NCBI GenBank assembly: GCA_964437055.1 | Contig: CAYTFB010000002.1 | Span: 1-39,803, forward strand | Source: an uncultured Candidatus Peribacteria bacterium | Lineage (GTDB): Bacteria > Patescibacteriota > Gracilibacteria > Absconditabacterales > Absconditicoccaceae | DNA: 39,803 nucleotides | Direction: 5' to 3' | Part shown: positions 10,232 to 20,584 of the stretch, in pieces | Layout: each line of letters opens with the position of its first letter | How positions within the stretch are numbered: position 1 is the stretch's first letter | Notes under the pieces: model-generated | The model's input: the letters and a program-made list of their open reading frames with translations, nothing else | The model's database searches: none | What the model was told of the DNA's origin: nothing | Program-made: the position numbers and the translations under genes

Positions 10232-10591
10232 ATGAACTATCTAAAAAATAAGTCATTGGAAAAGCAAAGAAAATTCCAAAGAAGAAGGAATAAAGTTGCT
10301 AGTAAAATTAAATCTCTAGAGCCAGATTTTAGATTGGTTATAGATAAGAGTCTGTTATATATTTCTGCACAAGTATTGGATAAAGAGGGAAAGGTGCTGG
10401 GATCTATTACAGATAAGGATATGCAGGCAAAAACTAAGACTGAAAGAGCTGCTTTAGCAGGAGCAACTTTCGGAAAAATACTGAAAGATCAAAAAATTAC
10501 TAAAATAACTTTTGATAGGGGCGGATACCTTTATCATGGAAGAATTAAAGCTTTTGCTGAAGGATTGAGATCTTCAGGAGTTGAGTTTTAA
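10232..10591 (+). CDS. rplR: 50S ribosomal protein L18
   Basis: 119-aa ORF reading ..RLVIDKSLLYISAQVLD..FDRGGYLYHGRIKAFAEGLR... Confidence 0.94.
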   Translation: MNYLKNKSLEKQRKFQRRRNKVASKIKSLEPDFRLVIDKSLLYISAQVLDKEGKVLGSITDKDMQAKTKTERAALAGATFGKILKDQKITKITFDRGGYLYHGRIKAFAEGLRSSGVEF

Positions 10592-10621
10592 ACATCTTTA
10601 TTATATAATTATTGTTTATCT

Positions 10622-11329
10622 ATGAGAGCAGAAAGAAATAATAGGAGAGAAAAACCAAAAAAAGAGTTCGAAGAGCTTTTGTTGGAGGTGAGAAGAGTAA
10701 CCAGAGTTACTACCTGAGGGAGAAGAATGTCCTTTAGAGCAACTATTTTGATTGGAAACAAGAAGTGAAAAATTGGACTAGGTACTGCCAAAGGAAATGA
10801 TGTTGCAAGTGCAGTACAAAAAGCTTCAAATGAAGCTTATAAACATCTTTTTGAGGTTCCTATTACAAAAAATTGAAGTGTTCCATATCCTATTACTCTA
10901 AAGTATAAAGCTTGTATTGTAAGACTCCTTCCAGGAGCTGAAGGTACCGGTTTGAAGGCAGGTTCTTCTATTAGAGCGGTACTAGAAATGGCTGGATATT
11001 CTAACATCCTTTCAAAGATGATTGGATCAAACAATAAACTTAATAATGCATTGGCTACAATTAAAGCACTTTCTTCTTATAAACATGCAGATCATTTCTC
11101 TGCAATAGAAGATAAAACTTCTACAGAAGATATTGAAAAATCAGAAGAAAAAATAGAAGGGAAATCAGATAAAAAACCAACAGATAAAAAACCTGTTGAG
11201 AAAAAAATTGCTAGCAAAAAAGTAGAAAAAAAATCAGAAGAAAAGATAGAGAAAAAACCTGCTGTAAAAAAACCTGCTAGCAAAAAAGCAGATACAACAG
11301 AAACTCCATCAGAAGAAAAGTCAGAATAA
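10622..11329 (+). CDS. rpsE: 30S ribosomal protein S5 with a roughly 80-aa Lys/Glu-rich C-terminal tail
   Basis: Starts MRAERNNRREKPKKEFEELLLEVRRVTRVTTgGRRMSFRA..GNKKgKIGLG..KNgSVPY... It joins ORF 10952..11329 (offset 330 nt). From about 11081 the tail reads ..KKPTDKKPVEKKIASKKVEKKSEEKIEKKPAVKKPASKK... Confidence 0.93.
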
Positions 11330-11364
11330 TTATTTTTTTATCTATACTTAATCGTTGTATCAAA

Positions 11365-11817
11365 ATGAAATTACATTCTTTATCAAGAAGCAAGGGATTA
11401 CATAAAAAATCTATTAGAGTGGGAAGATGAGATGGTTCTGGTAGAGGAAATTATTCCGGAAAATGACTTAAGGGTCAAAAAGCTAGAAGTGGTGCTCAGG
11501 TAAGTCCATTTTTTGAGTGAGGACAAACTCCTTTGATACAAAAAATGCCTAAAAAAAGAGGATTTAAAAGATATTTTAAACTAAAAGAAGAACTTACAAT
11601 TCTCAATCTTGCAGAAATAGAAAGAAATCCAAATATTACAGATACTTTAACTAAAGAAGTTTTGATTCAAGAAAAATATATTTCTGATAGTAAAAATATT
11701 GTAAAAATTCTTTGAAATGGAGATTTATCTAAAAAATTAAAGGTATCAGGCATCGATAAATTATCTGTTTCTGCTAAATCTAAAATAGAAAGTGTTGGAT
11801 GAACTATAGAGGGATAA
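11365..11817 (+). CDS. rplO: 50S ribosomal protein L15
   Basis: Starts MKLHSLSRSKGLHKKSIRVGRgDGSGRGNYSGKgLKGQKARSG..FFEgGQTPL... It contains ORF 11533..11715. There are five in-frame TGA, and the stop is TAA at 11815. It follows rpsE directly, with no L30 gene. Confidence 0.93.
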
Positions 11818-11891
11818 TGCTATAGTTTATTTTCATATAATGTTTTTTTTGAATTCGTTTGGCTGCTCAATTTATCTTATATTAATTATTG

Positions 11892-13229
11892 ATGAAAGCA
11901 ATAACTAAGGCTTTAGAAAAGATGTCTTCTGCATTCAGAAACAAGAAGATTAGAAAAAAGATATTTTTCACTTTATTTATTTTGGCAATTTATAGGTTAC
12001 TAATTTTCATTCCAGTTCCTTTTGCAGATATTGCTTTATTGACTCAACAGACTCTTTGAACTAACTCTGATTTTTGATATTTTATGATGATGCTTTGAGG
12101 AGCATTAGAACAGTTTGCATTTATTGCTATTGGTATCTCTCCTTATATTACGGCTTCAATTATTATGCAGTTGATGGGAGTGGTAGTTCCTAGTATTGAA
12201 CAATTAACAGAACAGGGAGAGGTTGGACAAATTAAGATCAATCAATATACCAGATATTTAACAGTTCCTCTTGCATTCATTCAGGGAATTGGAGCAGTAT
12301 ATTTGATCAATAGCATCTTATGAGCAGGAGCGTTACCAATCATTGAAACTTCGTTAGTAAATGTATTGCTCTCTGGATTTGTGATGATGGTAGGATCAAT
12401 CTTGTTGATGCGACTTTGAGAATTAATTACAGAAAAAGGTATTTCAAATGGAATTTCTATGATTATCTTCTCTTCTATTGTAGCAGGGATTACACAACAA
12501 CTTTACGGATCAGTAACTACAAGTACGAATCTTTGGGGAATGCTTTTCTTTATGGTAGTAATTGTCGGAGTATTAGTGGTTCTTTCTATTTTGATTCTCA
12601 AATCTATTAAAGAAATCCCTATTATCTATGCTAAACAGGGACAAATACAACAATCTTCTCAGTTACCTATTCCTCTCAATCCGGTAGGAATGGTTCCAAT
12701 TATCTTTGCGATGGCTTTTGTTTCTTTTCCAAATCTTTTGGCAAAACTGATTACTCAATTTCATCCAGGAAATTTAAAATTAGTAGGAATAGCTGATTGG
12801 GTTAGTGCACATCTAAATATCTACTCTCAAAATCCAGGATTCCTTGCTGTATTTGTTTACCTGGTACTAATAGTACTGTTTACTTTCTTTTACGCTCTAA
12901 TTACTTTTAGTCCTGATAGGATCTCGGATAATATCCAAAAGAAGGGAGGATACGTTCCTGGAATCAGACCAGGTAATGCTACAGCAAAATATATCAATTC
13001 CATTTTAATGCATCTTTGCCTTTGGGGGTGAGTGGGATTAGGATTGATTGGAATCTATACCTATATTTTACAATGGATTCCATTTGTACAATCTATTGTG
13101 ACTGCAGTTGGTGGACTCCCAATGATTGTAGCAGGATCTGGAGTAATTATTATTGTAGGAGTGGTACAAGAAATTATCAACAAAATTGATGGAGACTTGG
13201 TGATGGAAAAATATGAAGCTTATGAATAA
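11892..13229 (+). CDS. secY: Preprotein translocase subunit SecY
   Basis: Starts MKAITKALEKMSSAFRNKKIRKKIFFTL..MMMLgGALEQFAFIAIGISPYITASIIMQL... It joins ORFs 12459..13031 and 13032..13229 with upstream pieces (offset 567 nt). At least six in-frame TGA. Confidence 0.95.
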
Positions 13230-13257
13230 TTAAATCATATTTTATAAAAAATAACTA

Positions 13258-13291
13258 AAAGACTGGTTTTGAAAAGAATCAGTCTTTTTTC
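13258..13291 (+). terminator. Rho-independent terminator after secY
   Basis: AAGACTG (13259-13265) pairs with CAGTCTT (13280-13286), followed by a T tract. Confidence 0.6.
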
Positions 13292-13445
13292 TACTCTAAA
13301 ATTTGTGTTTTTTTAAAAAAAGATTATACTTGTAATAAAGAATAGTTTAATTCAATTAAATTAATTCTTGAGATACTAAGTGCTTACTTGATTAAAGTTT
13401 TGTTAGTAAGGAATAAAATTTAATTGTCTCTATTTCCTTTTGCCT

Positions 13446-15638
13446 ATGAAAGAAACGATATTTTTTAATAAAGAACAGGTAAAGATTATCACTATCTACG
13501 GATGGATGTATAAGATAATTTTTAAATATGGAGTATATCTCTCAGCTTTTTTGTTTTCTATTATTATTTTGATTTTTTTCCCTGAGATAGCAAAAATAAA
13601 AAACTTTTCTCTAAAAAATACGGAAAATATTATCCCACAAATAAAAGCTATTGAAGATACTTTTTGAGAAAGAAATAGTTCTTTGAATGCTTTTGAAAAC
13701 TTACAATTTCCTATTATTGATGGAAAAATTTTGCTTGATTGAGATACTGTCTTTTCGGAAGATAATATCCTTATTTATAAAGAATCTCTTGTTTTGCCGA
13801 GAGTTACTAATGTTAGTCAAAAGAAACTGGACTACTATTATAATTTTTATGAAAATAAAACTTATAATCCTGCAATTATAGATGCTTTTTATAAGGAGGT
13901 TCTTCTTTATCCTTTGGTAAACCCTCCAGTGGTTAAATCACTTGATTTGCCTAAGCTTTATTTAAAGTGAAATATTAGATCAAATTTTTCTTTAGATTGT
14001 TTGGAAAATTCAAGCAAAAATTCTCCAATTTGTAAGTTCTATGTTAATGAATTTTTAGATACTTTTCCCTATTATAAATTAGATGCTTATTACTTAGATT
14101 TTAAAAATATTGTTTCTCATTTTTCTTCAAATCCCATTTATCATCAAAAAATTTGTGCTTGAATAAATAAGATGTTACAATTATGAGCAGAACCAGATAC
14201 TTTTTTGAGAAATATCGTTTATGATTGTGAGGATACTTATAGAAATGAATATCTTTTATGGAATGATTTTGAAGAAATAAAAAAATGACTAAGTATTGGA
14301 TATATTAATAATTCGGTATATGCAAGTTCCTTTTTAAATTATTATAAACTACTTTCTACTCAACAATTACTTTTAAAGCAGATAAGGGGATGAGAATCTA
14401 TCGCTTCTCTATTGTCTTCCTATTTATCTTTTTTAAAAGAGTTCCTAATCAAGGACTCTGCCTCAAAAGAAGGAAACTTTTTTGGATCCTTTTATAAGGG
14501 ACTTACTTATTGGTTTAATAACCAAATCTTGTTGCCAGTGCTAAATAATGAAAGTTCTAAAATTACCAAAGAACAAAAAAGTGCATTACTCAATGACCTG
14601 CTTATTATCAATAATTGAAATAAAAATATGGGATTTATTTGATTGCAAACTAGCATAGAGGGAGATATTGTTGCTAATGTAGATCAAAACAAAAATACTG
14701 GAACTCCTTCTCTTGATTTGGAAAAAATATTTAAAGATAATTATCTTCCGCCTCAGTTTGCATTACATTCTTCTGAATTAACATGAGAAAACTCTTTAAA
14801 AGTTATAGGAATTGATAAAAAATCAGAATTAGATTTAATTTTGCAATTAAAATTTGAGTGAAATATCTTGTATGTTGAAAAAATTGAGATTATTACAAAT
14901 GAAAAACTTGCGGATTATCTCAATATTTTGCTGAAAAACAATCGTTATACCCTTACAAGAGTTTTAGGACTAATAGAGGAACACCAAGATATTGCGATAG
15001 GGGAAGTTGAAAAAAGCTCTTTATGTGTGGAGATGAAGGAAAAATATTCTGAATTTTTATTTTCTTGTTCTCCTACGACTTTGGTGTTAAAAAATGAGGA
15101 AGAGGTTGCTTATACTTTTCATTTAATAAATAATCAATTAGTTGGGCTAAATATTTCTGATAAGATTTTAGAAAAACAGATCTTAGCTAGTATTGAATTT
15201 TCTGAAATTACAGCAACAAATTCTAAAGTATGGATTCATAGCATCTTTTCTTATAGGATAGAAGATGAGGAAGAAGGATATGGAATCAGGGCCAGTTTAC
15301 AGGTTTTAGATTCTTTTAGAACTTATCTTAATGTAGAACCTGATGATATTGTACATGATCATGGTGTTATTAGAGTCTACTTTACTGTTCAAAATATTAA
15401 GTTTATTGCAAGATATGATTTATCAAAAAATATTTTGTCTCAAGTTGGTTTTGATGTTTGAGTTTGGAAAGATTGAGTCGTGATCAAAAATTTTGAATTG
15501 GCTTTTTCAAAGGATGAATTAGAAAAGATTAATTCTTTTATTTTTGATCCTTTGGCTACGATAAAAAAGATCAACTCAACCGTTGTAGAAAAATATTTCG
15601 GTACTTGAGCTATCCTACTTCCAAAAGATCAATGGTAG
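13446..15638 (+). CDS. Orphan membrane-anchored/exported protein, about 730 aa (island protein P1)
   Basis: Joins ORFs 13440..13667, 14412..14618 and 14868..15461 (offsets 972 and 1428 nt) with unlisted pieces through 14 in-frame TGA. Stop is TAG at 15636. It has an N-terminal hydrophobic helix (YGVYLSAFLFSIIILIFFPEI) and 6 Cys. I recognise no family. Confidence 0.7.
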
Positions 15639-15688
15639 TTTTTTTCCAGTTAGACTTGATGAGTGTTAAAAAAAACTGGTCATTTTTT

Positions 15689-17617
15689 CTATGCTCTGGG
15701 TTTTTCTAAAACTCCATTGATAATACTGGTTCGTTCAATAACACTATTATTGAGATGTTCTAAAAATATTGCACTTTTTTCTAGAAAGTCTCGGATATTG
15801 AGCCAGTAATCAAGATCTTTTTCCTTGTATAATAGGTTATCTATGTAGAGTTCTTGTTGGATTTGAAAAGTATCAATTCTTATTGCCTCTGTTGGCGTAG
15901 GGTATTGGATTCTTTCGTTGTGATCCCATCAAAGGATATATTGATTGTTATCTAAAGCTGGGTTTAGTGTTTTGCTCTGAGTATAGTTGATGTTATCGAA
16001 AGTTTCCTGCCTTTGTTGTTGTTTCTTTAATGTTAGATCATTACTGATTGGTGTTTGTACAATATTGAATACAAATGAGGTAATTTCCGAAAACTTGAAT
16101 GTTTTAAGGCTACTATCTAGAAATTCTCTTTTTCTATTTCTGGTAGAAAGTTCTCATTTTTCTATGAGATTTTTTACTACAGAGTAAATTTCTTCTATAA
16201 AACTGTTAATTCCATAGAGTGTTTTTGTACCTTTATCTAAAGCTATTGGTTCGCTAGGAATGGTACAAAATCTGAGTCTAAAAGATCATTCCTCTAGTAA
16301 AGTAAAAGGATTTGGAGGGTTTGGAAGTGATGGTGAAATCAACAAAGAGCAGAGACAATCTAATCTACACACTAATTTAAGATCTAACGCTAGATCATCA
16401 CATTTTTTTGAACATTGACCAAGGTCTTCTAGCTGATTTTTTTGTTCTTCAGGATTTGTTGCTAGGTTGCTAGTTGAAGATCATTTCTCGCTAGAGAATT
16501 GGGGAGAAAAATTATACTTTAGTTGTTCTATTCGATCATTTTCTTTGATTGTATTGAGTAAATATTCTTCTAATTCTTTTTCTGAAAACTTTCCTAAATT
16601 TAGAATTTCATCTTCTAGAAAAAGGGGATCTTGGCCTTCTGGAATATCGCACTGATTGACAAAAAATGGTGCATCAATACTATTGTTCTCGTTTATGGAT
16701 GTTCAGTTTATTTTTTCTAAAAAATTATTGATTTCTGAATCTTGAAAGATTGTCTGATTTTGATTTTTTTCTCAAAAATTATTTAGATTTTCTATATCTG
16801 TAGTTATTCCATCTTCTGTTCAATTACTTTCTTGGTTCTTACTGTTGTTAGAAAAATTTGATGTTATTCCTCCTTCTGGACTTGATTGAGAAGAAGATTG
16901 TGTTGATGCAAAAAGAGGAGTTCTATAAAAAATAAGTTCTAAATCTTCATTACCTTCTTCTCCAAAAAGTATTTTTTTGATATGAATGATATCATAAAGG
17001 ATATCAAAGGGACTATCTTCAATACTATTGTTTAAATATTTATCCATTCCTTTGTTGCTATCATTGATGTTTTCTTGATTTTCAAAATAACTAATCCCTT
17101 GAAGATAAAAGTTATTGACGGTATGATTACAGTCAAATGATAAAAGTTTGCTTGGAGATCCTTGGATACAATTGCTTATTTGATTACAAATATTCAAATA
17201 TTCTTTTCATTGAGGGGTTTTAAAATTTTCTATATATTTTTTTTCTAGTTCTAGATCTATTTCTTTTTGAAAATCATTATTGCTAAAATAGAGGATTGTT
17301 GCAATATTAGGAAAGTTTTGAACACAAGATGGAAAGTTTTCTTCTATCCTTTTCTGGGCAAACTGAACTCAATATAAGAGTTTTTTTATAGAATTTCGTT
17401 GATTACTTTCAAGGTTTTGCTTGAAAATGTTAAATTGTATACTATTATTGACCATATTTTTATTGTCTTCATTTTCTTGGTAGGTTTCACTTCGTTCTTT
17501 AAAGAGTCCATTGATATTTTTTTGTGCATTTACTGGTTGCATAAAAACTATTCCACCTATGAGGAGAATCCAAAAAAGAAATCAGATTTTTATCTTATTT
17601 GTCTTGAATTTGTACAT
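15689..17617 (-). CDS. Orphan secreted protein, about 642 aa (island protein P2)
   Basis: Extends ORF 16820..17197(-) in both directions through about 10 in-frame TGA. ATG is at 17615-17617 and the stop is TAG at 15689-15691. The N-terminus MYKFKTNKIKIgFLFWILLIGGIVFMQPVNAQ looks like a signal peptide. About 11 Cys. I recognise no family. Confidence 0.7.
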
Positions 17618-18749
17618 TTCTTACTTTTTCATAGATATTATAAAAAGGAGTAATTAACTTGCTTAGTCACTTATCTCTCATACGCAAAAGGTCTTCCTGG
17701 TGACTCAATAATCCAATATGAACTATGTAGCTATTATGAAAATCTAAAAGATCTCTAATACTCTGGTGGATTGTTTCATACATGACATTTAGATTCTTTG
17801 GAATTTCAATCAATTCTTGTTGTTCTAAGCTAGTAATATTGTTTGGTTCTCTATCAGAAATATATTGATTGTAATAAGATAAGAAGAGTTGATACCGGAG
17901 TACTTCATTGTAAATTACATTTATGAACGGTTTTAATCAGCTTTCAGTCTCTCCTACAGTTCAGCATAAAATAATATTATATTCATCTGGATATTTTTCG
18001 AGGTCACAGGTTCTCAAAACTTCACCTTTTTCTCTTATTTGAGCTTGCTTTAAAAGACTGTCAATCTTAAAGATTCTTAGCTGCTTTAGGCTCGTATAGT
18101 ATCATTTGATATGTCCCTCCCAAATATTGCATGTCTTTGGATAATTATGGGTTTTATCACTACAAAATCCTTGAATCATAAATGATTCGTAGGCTAGATC
18201 ATCGATCTTTTGTTGTATTTCTTTGTTATCTGTAGCAACGAGAGTTAGTCCAATACTGCGAGCTTGCTGGAGAATAAAAAGTTCTTCTAAAATATCACTC
18301 AGAATTTTTTTTGTTATGAGAGGAATATTGCAGGTTTCTTGATACTTTTCTGGACAATAATCTTCATATCATAGTTTGATAAAATTACTATGTTTGAGAT
18401 ATTGTTCTTCAGATTCTCACAAAAAATCAGCAAAACTTTCTTGATACTTGAGTCACTGATTGTTGCACAAAAGGTATAAAAACACCGATTGTTTTGCATC
18501 ATAATTTCGGTATCTAGAGCCAATTTGATTGCTGTTGTTTGGGTCCAACATTGTCTGGCAATAGTCATTAATGAGATTTCTTTTGCCAACTGATCTATTT
18601 TTCCCTCTTACTAGTTGAGTATTTATTTGGTTGATAAGATAAGAGAATGAAAAACTATTTGAGAGATCATAGTCAAAAGAAAAGCTAAGATTATTGTTTA
18701 GCAATCCTAGAATAAGTAGTGTGATTAAACTAAATTGTAGTTTTTTCAT
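17595..18749 (-). CDS. Orphan secreted protein, about 384 aa (island protein P3)
   Basis: Extends ORF 18453..18749(-) through TGA at 18453, 18417, 18369, 18102, 17961, 17937 and 17667 to TAA at 17595-17597. The N-terminus is MKKLQFSLITLLILGLLNNNLS. 8 Cys. The last 23 nt overlap the P2 start. Confidence 0.65.
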
Positions 18750-18783
18750 ATTTATATTGGTGGTGCTAAATATGCTATAGATT

Positions 18784-20469
18784 TTATGGGATATAACATC
18801 CCTTTGTTCCCTTATTTTGTGCTTGAAATGTACATCGTTGGTTTACTACGTATCTGAGTCCATGGTCTTTATTTCCAATACTATAAATAACACGCTTGAT
18901 ACTATTAGAGAGTTCTCAAAATTTAAAGGTGATTCCTGCAGGGAGAGTATCTTGGCTATAATATTTGTCTAAATTTTGCTCCTGCTGCAATCTTAAAAGT
19001 CAGCTGATCATTGCTAGATTAAAAGCATCTTTTGCTGATTCATTTGGAAAGTCTTCTTGGAATCTCTCTAAAATATCTTGGGCATTTTTTTGTTCTATCA
19101 AATTAATAATTGAATTAGCCTCCTGAAGAGATAAATCTTTGATTAATTGTTTTTCTAGATCTCTTTTTGATATTTTATCTCCTTTCTTGAGTATACTAGT
19201 AGTTGTTTCTCTAAAGTTTTTAAATGTTTTTTTGACATTAGCCCATGATTGATTAGAATTTTCTGAAAAAATTTTAGCACTATCTTGTATATGGTTGATG
19301 GTTGTGATAGTGCTATCTCTTGTATTATACAGATCATTTTTCATATCTAAAAAATTATTTCTCGTCTGTTTTGATATATTTAAAATTGATAGTTTGTTTT
19401 CTCTTGTTATTTGTGATGTTTTGATGCCATAGACACTCCTTAGTAGTTCCTTTTCTCTTTCACTCAGATAGGGTTCTGTATCTTTCCCTTTGATATTATT
19501 CCAAACTCCTTTAGGAGTTAGCATTAAAGCCTCCCAAAGATTTATTCCGGCTTGTTTGATTATTTCTCGAGAGTTGCTAGTTTCTTCTCAGAAATTTTTA
19601 AAGATCCCCTTGGTGTTGGTAGAAAATTTTTGAAAAGATTTGTTGCATTTAAATCCAAATCATGCTCTAGTTCCGATATAATCCTCTTTTATTTCATTAG
19701 CTCGATCTGGATGAAAATAAATGGTAAAATCTGTTTGAGCTGGCTTTCCTTCTGCTTTTTTATCGTCTGGTTCCAAAGATACTCCTCGTAGAAGAAAGTA
19801 TTTTACTTTGGTGTTTTGCCATCCAAGAAAAGAAAGCAAGTTTGCATAGCTGGTACTATTGCTAAAATGGCTATTTTCTGAAAATAATCCTTGTTGTTTA
19901 TAATATTCTATCAATTGTTGAAATTCTTGGGTATTAGATATTTTTCTGGTGAGAAGATCATCTTTCCCTATATAGTAGATAAGTTTGCTGACCTCTCGTT
20001 CTAGGTCCATTATCTTTGCTCGATCTCTGAGGATAGGCCTTTCAGCGAAGAGTATTTTAATTGTTGAAAAGGGAGAACTGATCGCTGTACTTACTGCACT
20101 TACAGCAAATAAAAGACTTGTGGTAGCGGTTTGAATAATAAGTTTACTTGTACTATTACCTATATGAGCAAGGATATTACTGATAGTATTGTTAGAATTT
20201 AGTTGTAATACTCCATGGCTAAATAATCCAGACTCTAGTTGTCCAATATTAGCAATTTCGAGTGGGAATGATTTTTTCGCAATAAGATTAATTGCTTCTC
20301 TTTGAAAATCCATAAAAAGTTGCATTGTTTGAGGAGTACTCGAACAAACAAGTGGATAATCAGTGATGTTGGAATTTTTATTTTGAGCAAAAATAGGATA
20401 GGGAATAATATTTCCCAAAAAAATAATGGACATGATGAACCAGATTCCTATTTTTTTTCTTTGCATCAA
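18784..20469 (-). CDS. Orphan secreted protein, about 561 aa (island protein P4)
   Basis: ORFs 19660..20469(-) and 19000..19524(-) share a frame and are linked through TGA at 19660, 19588, 19000 and 18916. Stop is TAA at 18784. The N-terminus MMQRKKIGIWFIMSIIFLGNIIPYPIFAQ looks like a signal peptide (the ATG is one codon inside the TTG at 20469). The C-terminal half is K/E/N/S-rich and looks helical. Confidence 0.7.
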
Positions 20470-20518
20470 TCAAATTCAATATTAAATTGTTATTTTTTTG
20501 ATTTATCGCTTTTATCTC

Positions 20519-20546
20519 TTGAAAAAAAGAGTATTTTAATTATATA
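20519..20546 (+). promoter_or_regulatory. Candidate promoter for frr (TTGAAA-N16-TATATA) in the divergent P4/frr spacer
   Basis: TTGAAA at 20519-20524 and TATATA at 20541-20546. Motif match only, in AT-rich DNA. Confidence 0.3.
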
Positions 20547-20584
20547 CAAATATGATTCTTTTTATCAAGTAATAATACATTATT

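Noticed and set aside
11092-11283. Separate gene or antisense ORF (11092..11283 -) in the Lys-rich region
   Set aside because: The region is in frame with rpsE and contiguous with it, with no intervening stop. The antisense ORF mirrors the low-complexity repeat.
16620-16690. Apparent frameshifts in P2 (about 16620-16690), P3 (about 18240-18300) and tatD (about 32520)
   Set aside because: These came from my own indexing slips while hand-translating. Rechecking against ORF-track coordinates showed that both ends of each gene are in the same frame modulo 3 and that the sequence reads through without a shift.
15987-17653. Plus-strand track ORFs 15987..16187, 16467..16655 and 17399..17653
   Set aside because: They lie inside the continuous minus-strand gene P2 (15689-17617). 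Their translations are Ser/Phe/Leu-rich, as expected for the antisense of an AT-rich gene.
18314-18589. Track ORF 18314..18589 (-), 91 aa
   Set aside because: It is out of frame with ORF 18453..18749. The frame of 18453..18749 continues through seven TGA to 17595 and gives the more protein-like translation, so this ORF is an overlapping alternative-frame artefact.
13230-20584. Island as a prophage, transposon or integrative element
   Set aside because: I found no integrase, transposase, terminal inverted repeats, flanking direct repeats or phage-like genes. The heavy use of in-frame TGA argues the genes are native to a code-25 lineage.
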